Assembly: GCF_016432865.1 (NCBI RefSeq)
Contig: NC_067398.1
Location: 318,804,001-318,868,000, forward strand
From: Antechinus flavipes
Taxonomy: Eukaryota
Reading direction: 5' to 3'
Length of the DNA stretch: 64,000 bases
A program made the translations under genes and the position numbers. This document shows, piece after piece, positions 23,920 to 35,475 of the stretch. A model generated the notes under the pieces. That model was not told the DNA's origin. It did no database searches and saw nothing but the letters and a program-made list of their open reading frames with translations. Each line of letters starts with the position of its first letter. The stretch's first letter is position 1.

Positions 23920-25740
23920 GCTTCTCCTTCCATTTATTTCCCAATTCCTTGTTCAGCTTCCTAACTCCTCCCAACCCTAACACTTACCTTCAACTCCTTT
24001 CTCAAAGGTTATCAACAATTTCTTAAGTGTTCAATTAAAATTTTCCCCCAAGCCTCACTCTATTAGATTTCTCTGTAATATTTGATGCTGTTGACCAAGT
24101 CTTGTTCCTGGATACTCTCCAGTGTTATAAGACTCTGTGGTGATTTTCCTATCTATCTGACCCTTCTCAGGCTACTTTATTGGATAATCTTCCATCTCTT
24201 ATCCACTAAGGATGACTGTCCCCCCAAGGCTTTGAGCTAGGCCTTTTGCTCTTTTTTTTTTTTTTTTCTATTCTTCTCTGGTTATATCATCAACTCCCAT
24301 ACGTTCATTCATTTTTTTTTTCTATGCAGATAACTCTAAGATCTACATGTCAAACCCTCATCTTTCTCTTTGATCTCCAATTCCACACTGCCAACTGCCT
24401 ACTGGACATATATACAAAACATAATTTATTTATTTTTCCTCTAACCCATTTAAAACGGAATTTATTTATTTCTCTTCAAATCCATCTTTCCTCCAAACTT
24501 AGTTCTTTTTTTAAAAAATTTTTATCACAAGTTCTTTAATTGAGCAGATGATATCGCTGTTTTGTTCGTAGAGTAAATGGTCTCTGGTATTTTCAGGTCA
24601 TCTATCTCTTTTTTTTTTTTTTAAATAACTTTTTATTGATAGAACCCATGTCAGGGTAATTTTTTACAGCATTATCCCTTGCATTCACTTCTGTTCTGAT
24701 TTTTCCCCTCCCTCCCTCCATCCCCTCCTCCAGATAGCAAGCAGTCCTATACATGTTAAATAGATTACAGTATATACTAGATACAATATATGTGTGCAGA
24801 ACCAAAGAGTTTTCTTGTTGCACAGGGAGAATTGAATTCAGAAGGTAGAAATAACCCAGGAAGAAAAACAAAAATGCAAGCAGTTTATATTCATTTCCCA
24901 GTGTTCTTTCTTTGGGTGTAGCTGCTTCTATCCATCTTTGATCAATTGAAACTGAATTTAGCTCTCTTTATCGAAGAGATCCACTTCCATCAGAATACAT
25001 CCTCAAACAGTATCATTGTTGAGATATATAATGATCTCTTGGTTCTGCTCATTTCACTTACACCAGTTCATGTAAGTCTCTCCAAGCCTCTCTGTATTCA
25101 TCCCGCTGGTCATTTCTTACAGAACAATAATATTCCATAACATACATATACCACAATTTACCAACCATTCTCCAATTGATGGATATCCATTCATTTTCCA
25201 GCTTCTGGCCACTACAGGGCTGCCACAAACATTTTGGCACATACAGGTCCCTTTCCCTTCTTTAGTATCTTTTTGGGGTATAAGCCCAGTAGAAACACTG
25301 CTGGATCAAAGGGTATGCACAGTTTGATAACTTTTTGAGCATAGTTCCAAATTGCTCTCCAGAATGGCTGGATGTGTTCACAATTCCACCAACAATATAT
25401 CAGTGTCCCTGTTTTCCCACATCCCCTCCAACATTCCGCATTATCTTTCCCTGTCATTCTAGCCAATCTGACTGGTGTGTAGTGGTATCTCAGAGTTGTC
25501 TTAATTTGCATTTCTCTGATTAATAATGATTTGGAGCATATTTTCATATGTCTATAAATGGTTTCAATTTCTTCATCTGAGAATTGTCTGTTCATATCCT
25601 TTGACCATTTATCAATTGGAGAATGGCCAAACTTAATTCTTAACGAAGCCTTGTAAAGGGCTCCAACACTCTCCAGATACCCAGACTGTCAATCTTAGAA
25701 TCATCCTCTCTTCCATCTTCTTCTCTGCCTTCCACCCTAT
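23920..25740 (+). mobile_element. L2 fragment split by the L1 at 24508-25626
   Basis: ttagatttctctgtaatatttgatgctgttgacca is the degenerate L2 RT LDLSAAFDTVDH-coding region. L2-like sequence resumes after 25641 (ccagactgtcaatcttagaatcatcctc). Confidence 0.7.
24508..25626 (-). mobile_element. 5'-truncated L1 with probable 3' transduction
   Basis: ORF 25212-25595 is the L1 ORF2 cysteine-rich C-terminus (CWRGCGKTGTLIYCWWNC). L1 poly(A) at 24609-24622. TSD ccaaacttagttctt (24493-24507) / ccaaacttaattctt (25627-25641). Confidence 0.92.
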
Positions 25741-26234
25741 ATGATGTGGTGATTAAAAACATTCTAAGAGATATAGTTTCTTGATAACTTAATCATTTTA
25801 TTAATAAGGTTAGCAAAATATTAATAAAAGGATCATCATTTAGCCAACTGTCTCAGACCAAAGACAGTTGCTCACAGTTTATATACCCTTCAAAGAGTAG
25901 TATTTTTTGAGGTGTGGCAGTCAACTCTGATTGAATAACCTAATAGAAAGTGAGATATGTTAAAATGAGGGTCTTGAGGTATGTGCCCTGTATCACTGAA
26001 ATCTTAGTCAAAGAGACAATAATTTTCATATCATAAGAGATCAAAAGAGAGGACAAAAGAGAGGATCCACATTTCCCCAGACTCATTAGAACAAACACAA
26101 TGAGCAGAAATATCTCCATTAGCCCAAATTTCCAATTTGTTTTACTGTCTTGACTTGGATAAATCTTTAAGAGATTTTCCACACTGGTAGGTTTCTGAAT
26201 GAAGAAGTAGAAAAGGGGAAAAACTTCAGTTATT

Positions 26235-26618
26235 TATTTTTTTTTTATTAAAACTTTTTATTTACAAAACATATGCACGGGTAATTTTTCCAACATGGGT
26301 TTCTGTTGAAAAACCTTTTGTTCCAAATTTCCCCCTCTTTCCCCTATCCCCTTCCCTAGCTGGCAGGTAGTCTGATGTGTGTTAAGGATGTTGAAATACA
26401 TGTTAAATCCAATATATGTATACATATTTAAACAGTTATCTTGCTGTATAAGAAAAATCAGATAAAGAAGGAAGAAGAAGAAAAACTGAGAAAGAAAACA
26501 AAATGCAAGCAAATGACAACAGAGAGAGTGAGAATGCTATGTTGGGTTCTATATTCTGTTCCCATGGTTCTCTCTCTGGGTGTAGATGGCTCTCTTCGTC
26601 ACTGTGCAAGTGGGACTG
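26235..26618 (-). mobile_element. 5'-truncated L1 (3' UTR only)
   Basis: T-rich tail, then ttttatttacaaaacatatgcacgggtaatttttc...ctctctctgggtgtagatggc. TSD aaaacttcagttatt (26220-26234) / aaaacctcaattatt (26619-26633). Confidence 0.9.
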
Positions 26619-27139
26619 AAAACCTCAATTATTAAATATGAGGGAAATATTCATTTCTCATAGCAATAAGTTGCTAAGTGTGGTTGATTTTACTTTTACC
26701 ACATCTCTTGCATTTGTCCCCTTCTCTCCACCTTGCTAAGTTCTGTGGCAATTGTGAAACATGTGAAACATTCACCACCTGAATATAAAGTCCTTAGCTT
26801 GGCATTTGAGGCCTTCCACAATTTTGTTCCCATTTATTTTTCGATAGTTTTTTCATATTATTGCCCTCAATATGCATAACATTTCAGTCGAATTGGACTA
26901 TTGACTCTTCCCCAAATTTAACATGTCATCTTCTGCCTCCAAGGTGATTTCCATTTATGTAAGAATAAGAAAATCAGTAAGAAAGAGAGATTGAAACAAC
27001 TTAGAAAACTAAGGTAGAAAAGAGATGAACAGTTAATCAACAAACATTTATTAAGTGACTATTTTTAAAATAAATACCCAATAAATATCAGGCCTCTGGT
27101 AGGTGTTTAGGAAATAATAGCAGAAATTAAGTAGTTGAA

Positions 27140-27275
27140 CCATTTAACCTCTGTATTCCTCAATATCCTCTTCTGTAAAATGGGGATAATAACAGCACCC
27201 ATGATTGTTGTGAGGATTAAAGACAGTAATATGTATAAAGCTCTTTGCAAACTTTGAAGTATGACATAAATATAT
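27140..27275 (+). mobile_element. MIR fragment
   Basis: ttcctcaatatcctcttctgtaaaatggggataataacagcacccatgattgttgtgaggattaaag. Confidence 0.7.
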
Positions 27276-27540
27276 TTATTATTATTATTATCATTGTAGA
27301 TAACAAGTTCATGCAAGATACATATAAAATAAATACAAAATTATTGGGAGGGGAGAAGGAAGACACTAGCAAATATGTGGGGGAATATTCACTTGAGGGA
27401 ATAGAAATCCAGAAAGCCATTCCAGAAGAAATTTCATATGAGTTAGAAAGAAATGTGAACATTTTCTAAATTGTCATAGCTTCTTTTAAGTTCATCATAG
27501 GTGAGCACCAATTATGAAGAGTGACATTCTTTGCTTTCAG

Positions 27541-27552
27541 GGGCAGAACTAG
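27541..27552 (+). other. Candidate 12-nt microexon
   Basis: ttctttgctttcag|GGGCAGAACTAG|gtgagt has near-consensus sites. No transcript evidence is available. Confidence 0.2.
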
Positions 27553-28361
27553 GTGAGTTCTGGGAGCTGCCTCTCCATCTTTCCTATTGTTAGCATTGGG
27601 AGGTAGAGCTAGACATATCTCAGTAGCCTTGCCTCCATGCTGTTCTCTGTTTCTGCACCTGCCTAGTTATGTTACTTTATGTGATTATGCTAATATTATT
27701 ATAATAGTGACTTCATAGGTCATATTGCCCTAAGCATTGTTGTTTACACATTCCAACTGATAGTCTCAAGTTGAAAATAACTGAGCAGTATATTTGTTAC
27801 TATTAGCAATTGGATTTTAAAAGTGAAAATGACTTTGGGCAGCTAGGTATTTCTTATAAGTTCTGTTGTATGGCAAAAAAAGACTGAATCTGGGAGTCTG
27901 AGTACAGTTATTCCTTCCAAATCACTTTTGTCATAGCAATCTTTACATATTGTGAGTCAGTCTAAGAAATTAAATAAGAATTTTGAGGAGATTTTGAGGA
28001 GGAAACTGCAAACAATAATACAGAAGAAGTTTAGAAACTCAAAAATGCATAAAATATTTGTACAGTATCGTAAAATATCTTGTCTGCTACAAAGGAAGGA
28101 ACAAAAAATTCATAGGGATTTTCTAGATGGCTGGGCTACTATGCCCTAACCCCTATCAAGTGGAAGGGATAATGATATTAGCCACAGGTTTGTCCTGAAC
28201 TTGTGTGGTTTTAGGGCAAATAAATTCCCCATTCTGTAACTTATTCTTTATTTACAAAATGAAGGAATTAGAAAGGTCCTTGAGAACTATCAAGTTCTGG
28301 TGAGTGTGAGCAGTGACCATTATCCCTCAGGTTTACTTTATTTACTTCTCACCTTTTGCTT

Positions 28362-28625
28362 AGTAGTTGATTGGTTGTTATCCATGCCCTTGAGAGGACC
28401 AAAATGACACTATTATATTGGGGTCAAGGTATGATGTGTTAGACTGTGGCTGATCAGACTGAACGTGAAAGGCTTGTACCACAGAATGGGCACAAATAGC
28501 CCATAAGAATATTTGGAGTGGAGATGTCTCTAAATTTGCTCATCTCACATTTCTTTTGAACTACTGCAGTTCTCATAGAGCACAGTATCTTCTTTGGTAC
28601 ATTCTCCCATGTTTCACAATTGCCT
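28362..28625 (-). mobile_element. RTE-clade LINE 3' end
   Basis: ORF 28454-28693 contains AVVQKKCEMSKFRDISTPNILMGYLCPFCG, matching the remembered marsupial RTE C-terminus leading into its C2H2-like finger (..KKREMRKFRDISTPN..YLCPTCG..). gagaggaccaaaatgaca is the RTE 3' UTR signature. Confidence 0.85.
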
Positions 28626-29399
28626 GTGAAGACTACAAAGGGAATATTCTGGGTTGTAATAATAATAATAATAATGATAGCAACAAAAGACATTTTTGAA
28701 GTGACAGACTCTTGTCAGTATTTTATTTCTCCTACTTCTTATTCTGCTAACTCAAGATTATAGGATACTAACTCTGTGGCTAGAAGGAACTTCAGAGGCT
28801 ATCTTTTCCAACCCCCTCATTTTAGAGTTGAGAATATTGAGATTTAGGGAGCCCCAAGGTCACAGAAATACTAAATATTAGAGGTGGGATTTGAAGTTGG
28901 ATTCTTTGTGGTGTACTATATAAATTCCAATGAGTGTTTTAATTCTATTTATAGCCTTTGACATTCCCCCTTCCCTCTTTTAAAAGACAGTGCATTAAAA
29001 AAAAAGATCCAACTTATTTGGACAGTTTAGAAAAATGCATTTTTTTTTTTTTTGTACAATGAAGTTGTGCAAACCCTATATAGGAATCTTTCCTGTCCTC
29101 CATCCTCAAGGCTCCTTTTATTTTAGCCAAAGGTTTCAATCAGACATGCTGTCCAGAAGCTTCTTTATCTTTTTATATTTCTCCTTCCTGCCACCTTCCT
29201 GCCTAGTGCTTTTTAAATCACCAATTTATCCATGACGGTACAAATGTCTCTGTTTTGAATATTAATCATTTCTACAAAGCTATTTAAGAGAGCATTAAGT
29301 CACTAATATATGTGATCCCCTTTTAACAGCAAATTTCCAAGGAAAGTGCTACAACGGGGGAGATGGCTATGATAAATTCAAGAGGAGAGGAATATGGAA

Positions 29400-29699
29400 N
29401 NNNNNNNNNNNNNNNNNNNNNNNNNNNNNNNNNNNNNNNNNNNNNNNNNNNNNNNNNNNNNNNNNNNNNNNNNNNNNNNNNNNNNNNNNNNNNNNNNNNN
29501 NNNNNNNNNNNNNNNNNNNNNNNNNNNNNNNNNNNNNNNNNNNNNNNNNNNNNNNNNNNNNNNNNNNNNNNNNNNNNNNNNNNNNNNNNNNNNNNNNNNN
29601 NNNNNNNNNNNNNNNNNNNNNNNNNNNNNNNNNNNNNNNNNNNNNNNNNNNNNNNNNNNNNNNNNNNNNNNNNNNNNNNNNNNNNNNNNNNNNNNNNNN
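29400..29699. other. Assembly gap (300 N)
   Basis: Run of N read directly from the sequence. Confidence 1.
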
Positions 29700-31028
29700 C
29701 TTGCTGGGGAAACGACTTGGCTATTTGCTGAATAAAGACTGTATTATATATGGCCAAAGGAGGGTACAAATGATTATCCTAGCTAGGCTTGCTGCCAACC
29801 TGCTTTTCAAAGCTTCAACATTAGTTAGAGGGGTTTTGCGTTTGTTTTTGGTGGGGAGTCTTTGAGTGTTGGGACATTGAAAGTGGATGATAGTCTGGTT
29901 ATGTCATACTTAAAGTACCTTTTCCCTAGGTGAGAAATTATGAAAAGGAACTTACTCAAGAATCTCTAAAGGAAAGCAAGGCAAAACAAAATAACATAAT
30001 ACAACACAACACAAAACACAAAGCCTTCCCAATGTCTGGAGTAAATTTTTAAAGAAAAAAAATTAAAACCCTAAAGTAACATCATCACATACATGCATTG
30101 TTTTATTTTTGCACTAGTCTAATTTTTGGTGCATATCTTTTTTTCCCTCTTAATTTCATTCTTCTCTTGCCCTTCTGTCTCGCCTAATTTCAGAATTTCT
30201 TCAAAGACTAGCTTCAGAAATTGAGAAATAAAGATAATACAGTGTTTCACAGGAATATGTATTGGGCACATTTTAGGCATCACTAACATTCTCTAACTAA
30301 AAATAAAGATCTTGACATGCGATTTATAGTCTTGCACTCCTACCTAGAGAGATCCAAGTTCTCTTTTCTTGTGGAATCTTTGTGAAGTGATACAGCTGCT
30401 GGGCAGCTGCTCCTGAGAAGGTACAAAAGTGACTTTAGTCCCACAAGTTATAGAATGTTCTCAATAGCCCGAAAGGCATTTTACCATCTGTGCTGCTGGC
30501 TAACAGGTTTAAATGCAGAGAGTGGGTATGTTATGCCAAAAGTTCTCATCACCATAAATCCTAGTTTATAAGTATTAACCCTATTGATACTGGGGGAAAT
30601 AACTTTATGGATACTTTCAAATCTGAATATGCAGATAGTGTACATAGCTATTAAATATTCTAAGGCAAAAATAACATCTTAACATTACACATAATCTTCT
30701 CATGTCTCAAAGATTTTGAACCGGAAAAGACCTTAGGCGTTTTCTAGCTCAAGGCCCTCATTTTATAGATTTGGAATATGAAATTGAGAAAAAGCATGGG
30801 ACTTGTTCTAGTCAAAGAGGCAAGGCTAAAATTCAAACCCAAGTCTCTGATGACATTTTCTACACTCTTTCTACTATACAATGCTGCCCTACTCCTAAGT
30901 GAACCACAATATAAAATAGCCTTCCTTTTTTAGAAGTCTTAAGTAAAGAACATGTAGCGCTAGTCTCAGCTTTTCCAAAATCATGAGATTACATAATGCT
31001 TTGAGATTTAGACAGTCTTCCTTACAGT

Positions 31029-31232
31029 NNNNNNNNNNNNNNNNNNNNNNNNNNNNNNNNNNNNNNNNNNNNNNNNNNNNNNNNNNNNNNNNNNNNNNNN
31101 NNNNNNNNNNNNNNNNNNNNNNNNNNNNNNNNNNNNNNNNNNNNNNNNNNNNNNNNNNNNNNNNNNNNNNNNNNNNNNNNNNNNNNNNNNNNNNNNNNNN
31201 NNNNNNNNNNNNNNNNNNNNNNNNNNNNNNNN
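31029..31232. other. Assembly gap (204 N)
   Basis: Run of N read directly from the sequence. Confidence 1.
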
Positions 31233-31829
31233 GAGAGGCATCTATTGAGTATTGATAATGTGCATCCCTGTAAATGCAAAAATGGACAGTCTCAGCACTC
31301 TTGGAGTTTAAATTCTAATGAGAAGAGATAATACAAATAAAAGTGTGGTGACTGGACAAGAATGTTTTTATCTGGGAAGTCACAAGATGATAAGTGGAGT
31401 CTTAAGGCAATTAACAATTGATTAAGATTTTTAGGAATGGTAGTATGGATTTCACTTTTGTTCCCAGAGGAAGAAGGGGAAAGTGGGTGAGGAGGTGCCT
31501 TGAGGGGATAATTTTATATCTGAAAGAAAGCTGATTGAGAGTATGTCTTGCAGGATGTGGGGATGTCTAAATTTGGTGAACTCTCTAAGGCCCCAAGATA
31601 CTGGGTTTGACACAGAAAGTGAAAAGGAATACCATCACAGGAAGATGGCCCTACTAGCCAAGATTCTGGAGTACAAATATTGTCCCATTTCGTAGAGGGG
31701 TAAACTAAGCTACAGAGAGGTTAAAATGATTAACTAAAGTACCTAAATGGTGGGAGTCAGGATTTGAATCCATGTCTCCTAGCTCTTTCTACTATACTAC
31801 ACTATCCCAAGAAAAGTTACTCTCATATG

Positions 31830-32144
31830 TGTAATGTCCATTACACTCTCTCTGGAGGGACCTTGGGATTAGCCCGAGTTCTTGGTCTCCTTGGAGGAGT
31901 GAAGGAGGCAGGACAGCCACCACAAGGCTGGTCAAAGACAGTCTCTCATTTCTAGTCCTCTTGGCCCTTAAATATCTTATTGCAATTACATCATTACAGC
32001 ATACTGAATATGTGTGAACTAGAGAACCATTACATCACCATGCTAAGAACTAAGTATATGTATACTAAAGAATCGTCTTATCAATTAACACCTTGTTGTA
32101 AATATCCTTGTTTCAAGTATTCTCCAGAGTTCCAGCCCTCTACA
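31830..32144 (-). mobile_element. Solo ERV LTR (315 bp)
   Basis: Begins TGTAATG and ends CTCTACA (TG...CA), with short terminal inverted repeats tgta/taca and a perfect 6-bp TSD catatg (31824-31829 / 32145-32150). The strand is inferred from the TATA-like gatatttaaggg on the minus strand and is less certain. Confidence 0.88.
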
Positions 32145-33169
32145 CATATGTTTGTTTTATGTTTCTAAAAAGATAAGGAAAGAAAATGTCTAAAGATATC
32201 CTTGTTTATGTTTGAATGAGAGGGCTAGATTGGAAAGATGATTGCAAAACACAGGACTCCACCATTTCCATTGCCAGTCTACTCTTTGATTCTTTTATTG
32301 GTGGATTCTTGAGCATCCCAGTGTCCAATTCTCTGGATACACATCACAGAAAATGTCCAAAAACCTAAGGTTGTCACTTCCATCTCCTAACAGTTACTTA
32401 TACTACAATTTAAACAAACTAATGAACCAGTATTTTCTAAAAGCTAGTTACAAACATATATGTATGTATGTAAATATGTGTGTGAGCATATATGAACAAA
32501 AGAAAATATAAAGACTAGTTCTGCTAACCTGAAGAAGTTCACAAAGAAGTGAATGATGTTTACCCAGTTGGAAAGACTGCAGGGCTGGCCATGGATTGTG
32601 AAGTAGGATCAGGAAAGCTCTCATAAGTTATGGTTTCAGAAAGTTGGGTCCAGTGAGGCACAGGAGGTGCAGAGAGCACAGTCGGATGTATGTGTGGTTC
32701 TGGGTGAGAGGGTGGTGGTCAGCAATCTAAAGGACCCACAGTAGCTGCAGTCACACTAGAAGGCAGCGGCAGCCCATACTCTAAATATTCTTGTGGGGAG
32801 AATGAACGACTCTGTAGGATAGGTGAGGGGACAGTGGTTAACTCAACAAATATTTCTTAAATGCTTATTCTTTAGAAAGCACTATGCTAACCTGTAGTCA
32901 CCAAAATAGAAGCACACTTTGCTGCGGAGGTAGCATGTCATTGGTCTAGAAAATCCACAAGCTCAACAGCAAACAGTTGGGCTATTGGAGAAAGCAGTAG
33001 ATGATGCTTACTCTGTCAGTAGGAGCCCTCTGATGCCATCTAATCACTCCTAGTTAACCCCCCCCCCCCACCCTCTAATCATTGGGATAAATTTTAGGAA
33101 TCACCATTCCTGTTTCAAAGGCAAGATTACCTACCCTACCTGCTTTCCCATAATGTTTAATGATGTAGC

Positions 33170-33310
33170 ATAATATAGCAGGTAGAGGAATGGTTAGGGA
33201 ATCAGGAGGAACTGGGTTTGAATCAAGTTGTTATCTTTCTCTGAACCTCAGCTATCTCATCTGCAAAATTAGGAGATTGGGCTTTTAGTAATAAGTCTAT
33301 GAACCTATAA
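33170..33310 (+). mobile_element. MIR3-type CORE-SINE
   Basis: gggaatcaggagaactgggtttgaatc...ctctgaacctcagctatctcatctgcaaaattaggagattgg. Confidence 0.65.
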
Positions 33311-33439
33311 CAAATACGGGTAAGCTTTGAGATGTTTTAATTTGGAGAGATTTTATTCAAACCAGTTTCCCTATAAACTGTGATAGTTTTTTCAGATCAT
33401 AAGAAAAAATGGATAGTACCTAAAACAACTTTTTTCTTT

Positions 33440-33500
33440 TCTCCCTCTTTCCTTCCCCTCCCTCCTCTTTCTCCTTCCTTCCTTCCTTCCTTCCCATTTT
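33440..33500. repeat. Pyrimidine-rich (TCCT)n low-complexity tract
   Basis: ctccttccttccttccttccttccc visible directly. Confidence 0.85.
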
Positions 33501-34589
33501 CTCTCTGTATCTCTGTTTCAGTTTCTCTCTTCCAGGTTAGCATATTGTTATGAGACTGGGTGGATTACCTCCAATTTGCAATTGAAAAGGCTAAGGTCTA
33601 GAGAAGTTTCATCTTACCAAAGGCCCCACCATAACAGATGTCAGAGCTAAGATTGAAATGGACTGATTTCCAAACCTAAATGGAACACAATGGTTGACAC
33701 AGCATCCACATAATCCCAGGAGAGAAAACATATTGCTTCCCAGCCCCTAAAAATGAGATCATCACTTGCTGTTCATTGGTCAAATAATTTAGAAAATGCT
33801 AGTTGCCTCCCCTTTCTCAATAAATCCTCTACAATCTCTGTCTCCTGAGAGAGAACCAAGTTGTATTTCCTTTTGTTCTGAATCTTAACTTCCAGTCTAG
33901 GATGCTTTCCTTCATCATTGTGTTTTAAAAAGGGTTAAATGAGAGGGTTAATCCAATTCTATTATAGTCTTTGTAAGACTGCATTCCCCAGTAACATTGG
34001 TTGTCCCATCTATTCCACCTAGCTAGAATCTGGAGAGTATGTTACTTGCTTTCTCCTTTCTTTGAATTCTTCTTTATTGAAAAATTTAAGTAACTTGAAA
34101 ACAGTCAACTGTGTATGAAGTAATGTTTGGTCTGATAAATTAGCTGATGTGACAGCTTGTATCAAGAACCACAGCGAATAAGAGGAATATGGTGGGGATG
34201 GGATGAAAAATATATTGTACAACATTTATTTTCAATTTGTTGTAAGCACCTTCATAGAAATTAGGCATTTTTAAACAGTGAAATATTAAATCAGAAGTCA
34301 AGTACAATACTTTCTATCTGTAAGTTGTTTATTTCTGAGTAGAAGACCAGACTTTGAAATGAAAAAAACCCCTACTTTTAAGTGCTACTTTTTGACACCT
34401 ACTAGTTTTATGAATCATGAGTAAGTCACTTAACCAGGAAATGCTTTAAAAGTATAAATTACAAATGAGTTGTCAGTCTTCATTAATGGAGAGAGTTTTT
34501 ATTCTGGGAACTTACCATGTAAATGAAATCATAGATCTAAGCAAAAGAACATTATTCTATTTCCATTTTATCCTGTACATAGCATGTTT

Positions 34590-34740
34590 GAAAATAATTG
34601 TTTACATGTTGTCTTCCCCATGTTAGATTGGGAGCTCCTTGAGACCAAGGATTGTCTATTTCAATTTTTTTTGTATCCCCAGTGTTTAGCAATAGTGCCT
34701 AGCACATAGTAGGCACTTAAAAATGCTTCTTGGATGATTG
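34590..34740 (+). mobile_element. L2 3' terminus
   Basis: ttagattgggagctccttgagaccaagg...gtatccccagtgtttagcaatagtgcctagcacatagtaggcacttaaaaatgc. Confidence 0.8.
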
Positions 34741-34849
34741 GCTTTGATGTCAAATCCCAGTTAGTTTCTATTCCTACTCTGCTTCTATGCTAGCCTGACT
34801 ATTTTCTCAACTCTGTCATTTCTTTAGTATGGTATTAATAATAATAATT

Positions 34850-35110
34850 ATAGCAACAATAATAATAGCAAGCATTTATGTGGCACTTTGAAGTTTGCAA
34901 AGAAAGCACTTTACAAATATGACCTCATTTTATTCTCACAACAACTCTGTAAGTTAGCTGCTATTATTATTCTTATTTTACAGAGGAAGGAACTGAGGCA
35001 AACAGAAATTAAATGACCTACAGGTTCACATAATTAATATATATCTGAGGCAAAATTTCAATGCAGGTCCTCCTGACTCCAAGTTCAGCATTTTATCCAG
35101 TGATAGTTAC
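34850..35110 (-). mobile_element. MIR
   Basis: ctcattttattctcacaacaactctgtaagttagctgctattattattcttattttacagaggaaggaactgaggcaaacaga. Confidence 0.8.
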
Positions 35111-35301
35111 TTATATTTACGTAGCAACAGACTTTACATACATGTTCTCATTTAATACTTCATGAACTCTGGGAAGCAAATTTTATAGATATATTTATCA
35201 TTCTTTTACATGAAGAAATTGAAGCTCAAAGAAATTATGCTTTGTCCATAACCTCATAAGGAGTAATTTTCAGAAGCAGGATTTGAACTCTGGATTCTTT
35301 T

Positions 35302-35475
35302 TTTTTTTTGTATTTTTATTTTTTAATAGTATTTTATTTTTCCAAATATATGCAAAGATAATTCTCAAAATTCACCTCTGCAAAACCTTGTGTTCCAAAA
35401 TTTTCTCCCTCTCTCTCCCCAAGACAGCAAGAAATCTGATAAAAGTTAAACATATGCAATTCTTCTAAACATATT
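35302..35475 (-). mobile_element. Very short 5'-truncated L1 (3' UTR tip) inside a MIR
   Basis: T tail, then ttttattttttccaaatatatgcaaagataattctc...aaacatatgcaattcttcta. Perfect TSD ctctggattctttt (35288-35301 / 35476-35489). Confidence 0.9.

Noticed and set aside
24513-24608. Extra segment next to the L1 as a mitochondrial insertion (NUMT) or processed pseudogene
   Set aside because: I recognise no mitochondrial or mRNA similarity, and the structure fits a 3' transduction better. A BLAST search is still needed.
11772-25595. ORFs 11772-12125, 12271-12510, 25058-25240 and 25212-25595 as host genes
   Set aside because: They are broken pieces of L1 ORF2 inside TSD-bounded truncated L1 copies.
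27491-27500. 10-nt microexon ttcttttaag|TTCATCATAG|gtgagc
   Set aside because: It is not a multiple of three, and it would leave only a 40-nt intron to the 27541 candidate, which is too short for normal splicing.
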